From Octopus sinensis (taxonomy: Eukaryota): DNA of 64,000 nt. Made by a program: the position numbers and the translations under genes. Below, in pieces: positions 1 to 13,740 of this stretch; position 1 is the first letter of the stretch; the number at the start of each line of letters is the position of its first letter. Location of the stretch: positions 52,018,001 through 52,082,000 of the forward strand of contig NC_043012.1 in assembly GCF_006345805.1 (NCBI RefSeq), in the 5' to 3' direction. The notes under the pieces were generated by a model. The model saw only the letters and a program-made list of their open reading frames with translations. It searched no databases and had not been told where the DNA came from.

Positions 1-425
1 TATCCGCAAGTTAATAAATTTTCAGCACCGCTGCCCTCTGCTGTAACGTGGCACTGGCTTCCAGTGGGTTTAAGGACCGTATCTGATACATGCCAAACCA
101 TAGCATCCACAAAAGAAAGCGACACCGGAACGTATTTTGGTTTGCCCCACCTTTCTCATTCAGAGTCAATATTTGTGTTGGAAGAATATTCCTCAGGTGA
201 GTAGACAAACACTTGACACAGACACACAGGTATGGACGATTGTTCAATAGGCACAACCTAAGGTTCTTTTTTAGTTGTGTACCCAAAATGAAAATTATAT
301 TAGCTAACATCCATAAAACTTTGGAGGAGGCTGGTTGCTCTTGTAGAATGCACAATGACTGTCCTGTGGGAGGCCGAAGGAGACCGAAGGATGCCGAGGG
401 AATCATCTATGAGGCTGAGGTGATA
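1..425 (+). mobile_element. Penelope-like element (PLE) fragment, RT C-terminus to GIY-YIG linker, decayed
   Basis: Translates across frames as KRKRHRNVFWFAPPFS...GRIFLRLVDKH...RLFNRHNLRFFFSCVPKMKIIL...CSCRMHNDCPVGG...IIYEAEV. This matches the PLE motif series WFNPPFS / FNRNTVKxSYSCMPN / CNCR..CPL.G..VIY.A.V. Confidence 0.8.
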
Positions 426-1021
426 TTCAGACTTAGCTACCTTAGTAACAGCAGCAATGGGTCATCTAACAACATTGATGGAATCAGTAGCAGCGGTAGA
501 AAAACCAGCATTAATACACCAACAATATCATAACGTCCGCATAGATATCATGTGCGCATGCGGGCCTGAGTATGTGTGTGCATGTATAATTGTATACTTA
601 GTTGTATACGCAAACACACTCAGGTGTATACGCATATATGTGTATATGCATGTGTGCGTATGTGCACGTTTGCATATATCAGTATGTATGTATATGTATG
701 TGTCTGATTGTACAATGTATGAGCATATGCATCGTAGACTGGCTAGGTGATTCGTCTTCAAACCAAGAGAGAACATGATGTTGACAAGCCACAAAAAAGT
801 CAACACATCATACCCAACTACTATTGAGGGTGAGTTACCTCGCCTGTCCATGACTAAGATATTTTAACACCGGTGCAAAGAGAGCTTATATACTCAGCTC
901 TCCTATTGCAGACACCGGAGAATACACAAAGCATATACATTAAAATATGTATGTAATAATATTTATTACACTAGAGCTTCTTTTACTTCAAATGTAAATG
1001 TGAATCTATATACAGGCATAC

Positions 1022-1083
<62 letters not shown>

Positions 1084-1320
1084 CATTTATCCGTCTATAT
1101 TGTTAACAAGGTAAAATACACTCATCTATTTATATATATACATATATATATACATATATATGCATGGCCGCAGCTCTGAGCTGAAACTAGAGAGAGAAAA
1201 AAAAATATATATATATACATATACATACATATACATAGGGTGTATATAAATATATAAATATGTACGTATATATAGGCATGTCAGTGTGCGTTTTATATGT
1301 ATGGATATATGTATCTAAGT

Positions 1321-1920
1321 ATATGTGTGTGTGTGTGGTGTGTGTGTGTGCATCGATGTATGTATGAATATGAGTGCGGGTGTGTATATGTACATATAAT
1401 TGTAAGTGTTTGTACATGGCCTGAGGATACACAACTTCATTTCATGATGCAGGGAAACGGTTACATAACCAAATACCTTCAAGTTTGGAGAACCACGTTG
1501 TGTGTACAACACTTGTTGTGATTGCAAATCAATGTCCAAACGCATTCGTTCTTGTTGACACCAACTTATTCCATTATCTATTGACACAATACAGAAGCCC
1601 AAACGCGAATCCGGCAGTACGTATAATACTACTACTACTACTACTTGGCACTGGATAAAATCTGAAAATGGACGAGCTTTATACTCTGTTCTAATATGTT
1701 CTTAACAGAATATAACATATCTATATATATAACCTCAGTCAATCTAAATGTATATATTTGTCACTACCTGTCATAAATAGCCTTTTTCTATTTGCAATAT
1801 GCATTTTCGTTGATTTTTTCATATTTTACTCTTACGTTTCCACGTGTATTTTATATTTTCTTTACGTAACATATTTCTACTATATATATATATATATATA
1901 TAATATATATATATATATAT

Positions 1921-1957
<37 letters not shown>

Positions 1958-2522
1958 GTGTGTGTGTTGTGTGTGTGTGTGTGTGTGTGTGTGCATCGAT
2001 GTATGTATGAATATGAGTGCGGGTGTGTATATGTACATATAATTGTAAGTGTTTGTACATGGCCTGAGGATACACAACTTCATTTCATGATGCAGGGAAA
2101 CGGTTACATAACCAAATACCTTCAAGTTTGGAGAACCACGTTGTGTGTACAACACTTGTTGTGATTGCAAATCAATGTCCAAACGCATTCGTTCTTGTTG
2201 ACACCAACTTATTCCATTATCTATTGACACAATACAGAAGCCCAAACGCGAATCCGGCAGTACGTATAATACTACTACTACTACTACTTGGCACTGGATA
2301 AAATCTGAAAATGGACGAGCTTTATACTCTGTTCTAATATGTTCTTAACAGAATATACATATCTATATATATAACCTCAGTCAATCTAAATGTATATATT
2401 TGTCACTACCTGTCATAAATAGCCTTTTTCTATTTGCAATATGCATTTTCGTTGATTTTTTCATATTTTACTCTTACGTTTCCACGTGTATTTTATATTT
2501 TCTTTACGTAACATATTTCTAC
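1321..2522. repeat. Near-identical tandem duplication of about 540 bp of unique sequence (period ~643 bp) bounded by (TA)n/(TG)n tracts
   Basis: 1351-1880 recurs at 1994-2522 (catcgatgta...atatttctac); only a 1-bp indel was noticed. Confidence 0.95.
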
Positions 2523-2529
2523 TATATAT

Positions 2530-2650
<121 letters not shown>

Positions 2651-3114
2651 AAATATATACATATATATATATATGAGTGTGTATATATATATATATATAT
2701 TTACATGTATATATATATATATGTATGTATGTATATATTATATGCATATATTTCTATATATGTATATTTACGTATGCATATATATATCTATATTCACACA
2801 CATTTCAACATTCCTACATAAATACATGCGTATCTGCGCATGGATATGAAAATAAAAGTACATTGTGCCAAAACGTATTAAAGCTTTACAAACGCTGCCA
2901 GAGAAAAATACAGATTACATTTTTAGTTTTGTTTCATAGTTAATATTGCTTAAGCCGTTTCCTTCTTAACTTTTCATACTTTTCTACGTAAAGTAAAAAA
3001 AGAAAGAAAGAAAGAAAGAAATCATACACGGAAGATGAACTCAGAAGAATAAACTTCCCTAATATTCTGTCTCCGAAGACTGAATACAGGTGAAATAAAC
3101 ATTAAGGACATCAT

Positions 3115-5340
3115 TCATCATTTACCATGCTACGCCAGACTTCACGAACCATCATAGCATTACGGAGGCCCTGTTGCTGGATGCCTGTATCCCTGGAGAT
3201 TACATCAGGGTAGGATAGTGTGCGCCCTCTGGTATTGCGAGTAGATGGCTTTCAGAGGAGAAGAGTAGAAATTGCCTCGTTTTCAGCTCTACAACAAAGT
3301 CCAGCAAACTGGACTCTCCTACCTTTCACAAGGACACTTATCCCTTCTCTGAAACTATGGGAGCTACTGAGAGGTTTTGCATGCTCTTCTAAATCTATTA
3401 CAATGCTGGAAACACTTCGGTATCGACAGCAAGTGTCTCAGGGTCACAAGCAATTTCCTCATTGGCCAGTACATTTAACCCGAGTGGGATAACGAGGATT
3501 GAACTGGTCGACAGAAATTATACACCTTGCCAGAAAGCCCTTTAGGGAAGTGTTACACTTGCAATCTCTTATCAACCATAGCCATCTTAAACTAGTTTCA
3601 ATGTGCCGTTCCTCTCTTCTTGAGGCTTTCTCCATTTATCTGGGTTGATACCTACTATCATCTGGAAATAGCACACCGATTGAGATAGAAAGCCTCGGCA
3701 GTCAGTTTCGATGGAGAATGAAGCTACCTAAAAACCCTTGACAAGGCCCTTGTCGACTAAGTTCTGGTTATTTTGATTTCTTTACCAAGTGGGAATTATC
3801 GTGCGTGTCCTTCCAGGCTACTGTGTGTTCAACCATAATGAATGTTTCTGTTTTCCTGGACAGCAGGAACATGTCTGATATACTTCCATCTCTCAGGCAG
3901 AGGTTGAAAGCGAAATAGAAAATGGGTCCCCTTCTAATGCTTTCGTCTTGGGATCATTGTCACATTCCTTTAGAGATTTCCTACTCTTTAGTAGTGATGA
4001 CTAGTATTTATTAGCCTTCCCACTTTGCATGTCAGTCGACGCGGCAATATCTGCGAGAGCCTCGTCACATCTCCACTTGTATGGACCTTCTTCTAGAACT
4101 CAAGTTCATCTGATCAAAATGTGGTTTAGAATGTAAAGAGTTGAACCAGGGGAAGGGTATTTTCCTTTATCCCATGTTTTAAGGTTGTTTGGTATTGGTA
4201 AGAAGTCACATTGAATTTATTGATACTGGTGGGCAAAGCTTATTACCTTCACCTGTTTATTCTCCTCAGTTGAATCACGTATCCTTTGCACTGTAAGCTC
4301 TCTCTCTCTTGCCTCTGGTATTGGGGTTCTTTCCACCTCTAGTTGCTATGGTTGCCAATTTCAAGCCATTCTTGACAGACTACTCCAACAATCTTCATGG
4401 TGTTTCCAGTATGTCTCTGCTTCCTTCACAACTTCCTGGGGTTTCCATTTTCTACAACACGTTTGGTATTGTGGTTATTTTCACTTTATCACATTATGAT
4501 AGAAGCTATGTGGTTATTCCTCTTGCCTTCATGTCGTTCAATTCCTCCACCTGGTCGGCAGGGTTTTGAGGTCTTGCTGTACAAATTGACTGAGCTGAAA
4601 TTTAGGGGAACGACCGACCAACTTCACACGAACGTACTGTGCAACCTTTACACTGCATCTATCCCAGTCATAGGAAATTCATATAGCAAAACTAAACACT
4701 GAATTTTGAAAGTACTATATAATGAACCTACCAAGTAACTGGTTTTTATCAACTGCCATTAGCCAGTTGCCTAATAGGATATGTCCTCAATATTGCTAGT
4801 ATCCTTAGGAATATGACTGCAAGTTTTCGCAAAGCAACAGACCTTGGACTGTCGGAATCCTAGAACCCTGAATGTTGAAGGTGTCATGTGTTAGTTTCCT
4901 TTAAGGACATTCAGACTCTGAGATTTTGCTGGGTCAGACTTCAAGCGTGACCATGCGACCATCTTTTCCAACGAGTTGAATGTCCGCCGTTTCGCTTTCG
5001 TTCATTGTGTCATAATCGTTATGTCGTTCACGAACCCCTTGCAAACCGGACTTCTTGTGTTTTGGGGGTCTCTTGAATGCTTCACTATTTGCCTCTGGCA
5101 CTAGGCTCATGGCTGACACAAACAGTATCACAGAAATTATACACCTTGCCAGAAAGCCCTAATCCGATCCCTGTTATCTACTGGTGAAATGCCCCACAGG
5201 GAATCTCATCATCACTTAATTCATTTGGGCCATTATGATTGTGAATACTTCCGTTGGTAAATGGTAGTACTCCAGAAGCTTGTAAAGCACGCTTGGGCAC
5301 GCTTTGGCAAGATATACTAATGCCTGTTGATTTTTCACAA
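3115..5340 (-). mobile_element. Decayed and rearranged RTE-like LINE (APE endonuclease and RT remnants)
   Basis: The minus strand gives the C-terminal signature KGRRVQFAGLCCRAENEAISTLLL*KPSTRNTRGRTLSYPDVISRDTG...MMVREVWRSMV (3130-3330). Weaker remnants are TFNIQG (~4870, APE start) and RQG/FPDD-like RT words (~3660-3760). Many stops. Confidence 0.7.
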
Positions 5341-6414
5341 TCTCAAGAATGAAAGGCCTTCTAAAAACTAAAAACTTCTCCGTTCTGAAAAATATTTAAT
5401 GGTACTCCAAAAACTTCTATCGTGTAGTTGTGTTTATTGAACAAAGCATTGAGGAAAATTTTAACAAAGAAAAGATGCGAGTCTCAGAGAAAGAATTTGC
5501 ATGGAATATAATAGCAAAGTTGATGTTGACATTTTTAAAGCAGATAACATTTAACTGCAAACTAGCTATCCTTATACGGTGAATAAAAGAAGAAAAAACT
5601 ATTAGCTGACAATATTATTGTTTTAGTAAGTGATGCAGTTCTGGGCGTTATTTGTTATTATAGTGATCATATCTGAGATGCATAAACCAAAATATACAAT
5701 ATTTCGTCCGTTTTACAGTAAAAATATTGAAACCTCACACGCAATAATAGAACAGAACAGACTTACTAAACACACAGCATCATTCATTCTTTCGATGCTA
5801 TTAAATACGTACATTTGTTTTCTCTAGTTGAAGCATAGTCGTAAACCCCTTAAAGAAACATATACTCACATTGTAGCGCCACAATTTCTGTCACCCGCTC
5901 TTTTCACTCCTTTATAAAATCACTTTGATATTTCAACAAGCAGAACTCAACAGCCGATTACCGAAATGGATTATTGTTAAGTGTTCAAGATTAAGCTCAA
6001 AAACTCATAAATCACAAACAAGAAACATTAATCGAATTTATTGGCAATTTTTCATCGAGTTACAAATATCTGGGAGATAATAAATCATTGTATTCAACCT
6101 TTAGCCTTCTGTTGTACCATACTTATTTAACTTCGCGTAATTTCACATTTTTAGCATCAATGATTCTGGTGAATCTCGGCAGCCAAATCGTCGACATATT
6201 CGCGAACATTCCAACACTTTGAACATTCAGGATAGGCTTAGAAGATTTCCTTGAAGTTTAAATACAGAAACTTACTTTGGGGAAATTAACAACAAAGTAG
6301 AATATGCAATAAATAAAAACTAACTTCGATCGAACTCGATATTACTCACTCTCTAAATATCTTTCTCAATATCACACTGTCCATTTCTGCGTGAATTGTG
6401 TTTGTATATATATG

Positions 6415-6473
<59 letters not shown>

Positions 6474-6476
6474 ATA

Positions 6477-6536
<60 letters not shown>

Positions 6537-6540
6537 ATAC

Positions 6541-6573
<33 letters not shown>

Positions 6574-6660
6574 ATGTGTGTGTGTGTATGTATGTATATA
6601 TATATATATAATTATGTATATATATATATATATATATTTATAGGTATGTATATATACAAT
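6415..6660. repeat. (TA)n microsatellite tract
   Basis: Direct observation. Confidence 0.95.
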
Positions 6661-7189
6661 TTGTATATATGCATATTTATATATATGTATATATATATAT
6701 ATGTGTGTATTAATATATATAAATTTACATGTATCATATACATATATAGATATGTATATATACATATCTATATGTATATATACACACAAATATACATGCA
6801 TATAAATATGTATATATATATATGCTTATATATAATCTATATCTATGTACATAAGTTTGTATGTATGTATTCTTATCTCACATACGCTATCTATCTGTCT
6901 ATGAGCTCCTAGTCTACATTTATATAAACGAAAATATGTGTGCATGCGCGTATATGTGATATGTATAAATGCTTGCATGTTTGAAATGTTCACACATGTG
7001 CAAACACCAATACTTATATACGGATACATTGCACGTGTGTCCTTATATACACATATACTTCTATATATACATATGTATATGTTTGTGAAGGTGTGCGCGT
7101 ACAGGTATGTGTACTAATATACATATATATGTATGAATAACTAGTTATACAAAAAATAGGCCAGAGGACATAGGCATATATATATATAT

Positions 7190-7460
<271 letters not shown>

Positions 7461-7818
7461 TAGACGTCCTTTGTGCAATCTCACAGCAAAGCATACATAC
7501 ATCCTAACACAAAAAACACACACATGCATATAGAAGTAACGTAATTTTTTAGGTCCATTTGTCCGGAAGTGCTACAAATGAAAATTATATAAAATGACTG
7601 AACACATGACTGCGACAGCATTTGGGTAAAGCTATTTCCATTTTGTTAATGTCGAACAGCATGAAGAATAATGCATATTATATACGAGGTTGTTCATAGG
7701 GGATTAAAGAATAACATAGTTATTCCGTTTTTCTGCTTATGTGTGTGTGCGTGCGTGTGCGTGCGTGTATGAATGTAAGTGTGTGTGTATATGTGTACGC
7801 GCATGTGTGTACACATAC

Positions 7819-7874
<56 letters not shown>

Positions 7875-7989
7875 TATATATATATTATATATATATATGC
7901 ATATATATATAATATATATATAGATATTTATATATGTATGTGTGTATGAATTTATGTTGAGAGAGAGGGGTGGCAATTAGATGTATATA

Positions 7990-8175
7990 TATTCTTTTAT
8001 TCTTTTATTTGTTTCAGACATTTGACAACTGCCATACTGGAGCACTGCCTTTAAACGAACAAGGACTTATTCTTTGTGAGCCTACTGCTCATTCTATCGG
8101 ACTCTTTTGCCTAACCGTTAAGTTCCGGGGCGTAAGCACACCAACATCAGTTGTCAAGCGATGGTGGGGGGACAC
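7990..8175 (-). mobile_element. SINE family A, 3' half, diverged
   Basis: Reverse complement of the family A tail (cttgacaac.gatg.tggtgtg.ttacg.ccc.g.aactta.cggtt.ggcaaaagag.ccgatagaat) seen intact at 22950-23130. Confidence 0.8.
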
Positions 8176-8384
8176 ACACACAATATATATATATATATAT
8201 ATATATGGGGAGAGAGAGAGAGAGAGAAAAAGGAATGTTTCAAAGAATTCGATATCATTTGTGATGTAAATATCATAGAAACTACATAGTCAAAGCAAAT
8301 GAAACTAAACAGGTTGATGTTGAGTATCATGAGATTTATTCCTCCAAATTTGAATGAGAAATTCAAAGGTATGTTGATTCCATA

Positions 8385-9140
8385 AGCGATATCTTGCAGA
8401 TGGCGCTGAGCACATTCACTTTTGGTGCGACTCTCTCCTGCTCAACTGTGGCATGGTGATTGTCATCGCCCCAAATACGAACATTATGCTTATTGACCTT
8501 GCCATTCGTATGAAATGTGGCCTCGTCACTGAAAATAAGACGTTCCTAGAGCTCGTCTTCTACAAGTTTCTCTTGCATATCAACACAGAATTATTTGCGC
8601 TTTCGCTTCTCATCTGCCGTTATGGCCTGAACGAGCCGCAGCTTGTAGGGTTTCATTAGCAAGCGCCCTGAGAACGTGCCAAACTGTCATTGGAGGAATC
8701 TATGTTTCCAGACATGTTCTTATGGACTTCTTGGGGCTTCGAAAGAATTTTTAGCAAATTCGCTCGACCGACTTTTCAGATGTTAGTAGTCGTCCAGATG
8801 TTAGAGGTCGTCCTTTTGACCTGCACAAATAGCCTTCCTTTTTGAATGTTTGTGCTATGTCCATCATTGCATTGCCATTGCTGAATTTGTAGAGAATTCT
8901 TAAACAAAGGTACGCTGCACAGTCATCTTCGACTGTGTCCAAGCATACTCCTACACACAAAACGCCTTTTCTCTTCCAGTGGATGCTATTTCTATACCTG
9001 AACAGATAAACATATCAAACATTAAACATAAACTGTTAAGTTGTCTCTACGCATGCTATTAAGATTTGGAGTCATTTGTACAAGAACCGGCAAAGCTATT
9101 AGATTGCGGAATGATATCAAACTTTTTGAAACACCCTATA
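8385..9140 (-). mobile_element. Tc1/mariner-superfamily transposon remnant (DUF4817-like N-terminus)
   Basis: The minus strand reads EKAFCV.EYAWTQSKMTVQRTF...GYLCRSKGRP...SVERI...FFRSPKKSIR...IPPMTVWHVLR... and FSDEATFH-like / NGKVNKHNVRIWG-like segments across frameshifts. A terminal TA+agggtgtttcaaaaag TIR-like end lies at ~9120-9140. Confidence 0.75.
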
Positions 9141-9183
9141 CATATATGTATACCCCACCCCCACACACACTTATATATGTATG

Positions 9184-9270
<87 letters not shown>

Positions 9271-9271
9271 A

Positions 9272-9575
9272 GAGAGCTTCCCTCAGTTCTCGTCTACCAA
9301 ATAAGCTCATAAGGATTTGATCGGCTTGAGACACTTGCCCGTGGTGCCACGCAGGGGTACTTTTCCCGGAATCATGAGGTTGGTAAGGAAGATTTTTACC
9401 ACACACCCATTCCTGTGTATAGACGTACGAGTGGCTTTGTGGTAAGAAGCTTGCTTCCCAACCACATTGTTCCGGGTTCAGTCACACCACGTGACACCTT
9501 GGGCAAGTGTCTTCTACTATGGCTTTAAGCCGAACAAACTCTTCTGAGTGGATTTGGAAGGAGGAATTTGAAAGA
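9272..9575. mobile_element. Two SINE family A 5' fragments, head-to-head (9272-9415 minus, 9425-9575 plus)
   Basis: Both match the tRNA-like head gagtggctgtgtggtaag.agcttgctt.ccaaccacatggttccgggttcagtc in opposite orientations. Confidence 0.85.
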
Positions 9576-10139
9576 AGATCTTCATATATATATATACATA
9601 ATTTATTATTTTTATTTCTATATACACACACACATACACACACATACGTACACATCCACACGCAGGAAAAAACACATGCACCCGAGCACACACATGAATG
9701 CACATATACCTCCCCCACACACCACATACATGCACATATACACACCCATACTTCTACACACATACACACACGCACATACATACGTCAGACGCGCATACAC
9801 GCGCACACACACATGCACACACACATACAGACGCGCACACACGCATACATACACACACGTCCACACACACCCACGCGCATGCACGCAACAAAACGCACAC
9901 ATAGCCCGACACACACATCTCCACGTTCACACACACATATACGTACGCATGCACATACATACTTCATCACACGATGCTCCACTACATCCTAACAAATAAT
10001 AAGAACGAGAATCAGGATAACTCATACGTGATGGCAGTGCTGTGTTCATAGTATACTACGAATATTCATGCTAAATCTTACTCTCTTGCGTGGTTAGGCC
10101 GTCATGCTCACGATCGCTAGATTGCATGTTCGGTTCTCT

Positions 10140-10675
10140 GACCGGGCCGTGAAATGTACGAGAGTTCCGTACCTCAGCTATGAAGTCATTTGCATACAGC
10201 CAATCAGAGCTGAACTGAGCACATAACAAGTGATGGGCTATAAGATAAGTCCACTTGGGTAAGGAATGACCATGCTTCATTTCTCTTCTAATCACAATTG
10301 TTTTTGTTCCTGTTTCAATAATGGCTGTCTCTGCGTAGTTATTTGTATTGTTTGTTAAATAGTAAGAGCAGAGGGTTGCTAGCACATTACCTTCTACCCA
10401 TATTTTTTCCATCCACATCTTACCGTATGTGGCCCTAACAAAATCTGATAATAGATACAAATGCAAATCTAACTAATTACTTGTCTCCTAAAATCAAGAA
10501 TAACTTGGTGATCGCTCGACTTACAACACTGTTCTTCGTCTTGAATTTACTTAGTAGAGTGTGCTTGTTAACTTGACAACAAGGTCAAGGTGAGCTCTGA
10601 TTGACTGAATTCAAATGAGTTCAATACTGGGGTCCGAGACTCCCATAGGAAAATAAAGTTTCGCGACCGGGCCGC
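10140..10675. mobile_element. Putative TIR element, copy 1 (inverted arms ~10140-10215 and ~10592-10675)
   Basis: The left arm gagagttccg.acc.cag.tatgaa.tcatttgcatacagccaatcagagct is the degenerate reverse complement of the right arm. The same arm pair occurs at 29105-29780. Confidence 0.55.
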
Positions 10676-11201
10676 GTGTTGTGTTCTTGAGCAAAATATT
10701 CCTTTTCACGTTGGTCAAGTGGGTGTGAGCATGTCGGCAGAAATGCTTTACGGTACATCTTTCGGCTCTTTGCATTCTGAGTTCAAATCGCACCTACCTG
10801 AATAAGGCAACGGGAAACCGCTCTATCATTCATCCCAAGTGAAGTTATAGACGACAGTAGTCACACTAGTCTACTCCAAACGTAACGTACGAACCCTTCC
10901 CTGCTGTATAGATAAGTGCCGGAGAAAGGTTAACGCGCAACGACGTGCATAAGAGCAAGCCACCACTAGACAATGCATGTATGTATGCATGTATGTATGT
11001 ATGTATGTACGTTTGTATGCAATCATGAGTGCACATGAACTCATGATTGCATACATACATACATACATTGTCTAGAGGTGGCTTGCTCTTATAAGAATTC
11101 TTTTATTATGTTATACCTATCAGCCTTAAGGCTGTGGCCGTGCTGCAGCACCACCAAATGTATACGCACACACACAGACGTTCACACACACTCCCGCGCG
11201 C

Positions 11202-11287
<86 letters not shown>

Positions 11288-13029
11288 GCATGTACACACT
11301 CGTAAATTCATAAAGTTTGTAAGCCCTTCATAATTCGTGACCACATATCCTTCTGGAAAATTTCCAGATTTAATAAATGTTTACGGAAATACATTTTCGA
11401 GTTTGCAATTTAGAAATTTATTTATGAAATTTCGAACATCTTTATGTTAGTGGAGTTTCGGATCATTTCCTATTCTCCCGATTGTGTGGTTTCCTATTTG
11501 TCTTAGAAATACACACTGGCATTTTGTAAAAATATATTAACGTTGTCCAATGCGTAGAATGCGTAGAATTCAAGTGTCAAACGGAGATATTTAAAAAATA
11601 AGGGGCAAATGCAGAAAGTACGCTTTATTGGGGGTAACTTTTGAGCGAGTGAGAAAAATTAAAACCTCTCCGAGAAAACTGTCTTCGGAAATTTTATCAG
11701 TGAATTAGACGTTAGAAAATAGCGCAATAAATGTAATCATATCCTAAAAAAAATATTTTTGCCATGTAAATTATGTGCAAAATTTATGCACACGAGTGCA
11801 TGTGTGAGTGTTTGCGTGGGGAACGGGGATGGGTTGCGGTGTTTGTATGTGCTTCCAATGAACAATTTGGGGTTCATAAGCCCACAAAAATGCACAGCGG
11901 ACGAACTCAGTTCGCTATTCCGTCAAATTTAGAGACGTTAGAACTACACACGTTATTTCTAGATCACACACATTTGCATATACATCAATCATTCGCCTTA
12001 TTAGCAGCAAGTTTCGTAAACTAGACTTGGCTATTTATTTTAAAAGAAAACTTACGTAACACACTTCATAGCATTTGAATGAATTCCTTCAATATAAGAA
12101 ATATTTGCCTCTTTGCTCTAAAACAATATTGGCAAATCTTAAACAAGTAGGATATTTCTATTGAGTGGAACGTAGTGTAATGGCTTTTAGATTTGCCAGA
12201 ATGAAAATGGAATCATTGGTCACATTCTTAAACAGTTCTTTCTTTAATCACCTATTTGACTCAGCTTATTAACTTTCGGTTTTCTTACTTCATCTCACAC
12301 GCTTTCTTACTTTTTCCCTCTCGTTCCTATGTTTCCTAATACGTACGTTCGAATTTGAATACACATACGTACGTACACACATAAGTTTACACAAACAACT
12401 CACACACATGTATTTAGAAGTGTGTATAGATGTAAGCAAATACACAAATAAATATAGAAACGAGTGTGTATACGCACGCGTATATATTCCTTTATTTTCT
12501 CTTTCTTTATCCTTCTCTCCCCCCCTCTCTCTCTTCAATTGTATTTATACATTTACACTGTCTAACGATAATTTCACTGATGATTTGAATTAAAAGCATG
12601 CTTCCGACGCATTGCTAATGCTCTTGGAAAATGTGTGAACGTTACAACTTCCCATATTTCTCTCACCCCATTTTGCAATGTTCGTAACAACACATTAATA
12701 AAGTTATTGCTGTACTCATTATACAGCTCATTACACCGTCTACTAATCAATCAAGCTCACTTAACTATCTATCTTCATTGCACCGCTCTCTTCCCTCAAC
12801 AGATTGCATACACCTTACCATCGTTTAATTTATTCGTTATTCTGTTACTGTTAATTTTTGTTGTTAATATTTATGTTCAAACTTATGTATTGCTCTGTAA
12901 TGCTGTTTTCTTTATTCCTGTTATTGTTGTTTATCCCTGAAGTTACGTATTTGAAAATGTTCCAGTCACTTCTTCAACAACGTCTATGTATGTTGGCCTT
13001 AAATTCTGGCACAAAGCCAGCAATTTGTT

Positions 13030-13325
13030 TATTCCTTCCCGAGCCATGCCTGGCTCATAGGACCGGTTTCTCGGTTTCCTTGGCGCATAGGTTCCCCACC
13101 TGGATGGGATGCCAGTCCGTTACAGGTGAGCTGCAGATGCAGGAGGAAGAGTGAGGAGGAAAGTTGTGGCGAAAGAGTCAACAGAAGTTCGCCATTACCT
13201 TCTGCCGGAGCTGCGTGGAGCTTAGGTGTTTCGCTCATAAACACACACCTAGCCCTGTCTGAGATTCGAGCCCGCGATCCCTCGACCGCGAGTTCGCTAA
13301 TCTAACCACTAGGCCATGTGCCTCC
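13030..13325 (-). mobile_element. SINE family B, full length
   Basis: Reverse complement starts ggaggcacatggcctagtggttag...gcgggctcgaatctcag (A/B-box tRNA head). Highly similar to 30942-31235 and 30085-30388. Confidence 0.9.
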
Positions 13326-13429
13326 ACGCCAGCAATTTAAGGGGTGTGTTCTAAGTCGATTACATCGATCGATCCCTGTGTTCACATTCTACTTATGGCT
13401 AAGTAGACCATGGCGGAATTTGAACTCAG

Positions 13430-13740
13430 TACGTGTTGGCACTCCGTCGGTTACGACGACGAGGGTTCCAGTTGATCCGATCAATGAAGCAGCCTGCTCT
13501 TGAAATTAACGTGCAAGTGGCTGAGCACTCCACAGACACGTGTACCCTTAACGTACTTCTCTAGGATATTCAGCGTGACACAGAGTGTGACAAGGCTGGC
13601 CCTTTGAATTACAGGCACAACAGAAACAAGAAGAAAGAGTGAGAGGCAGTTGTGAGGAGAGTGTACAGCACGGTTCGCCACCACTCCCTGCCGGAGCCTC
13701 GTGGAGCTTTTAGGTCTTTTCGCTCAATAAACACTCACAA
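13430..13740 (-). mobile_element. SINE family B variant (alternative 3' domain), preceded by a family C fragment at 13335-13430
   Basis: Shares aaagctccacgaggctccggcag with family B. The 3' domain (gagtgctcagccacttgcacgttaatttca.gagcaggctg) matches 51275-51550. Confidence 0.85.

Noticed and set aside
1421-1465. CTGAGGA...GAAACGGTT hammerhead-like words in the 643-bp duplication (and its copy at ~2064-2108)
   Set aside because: No convincing stem I or stem II pairing, and stem III would have a 1-nt loop; at most decayed debris.
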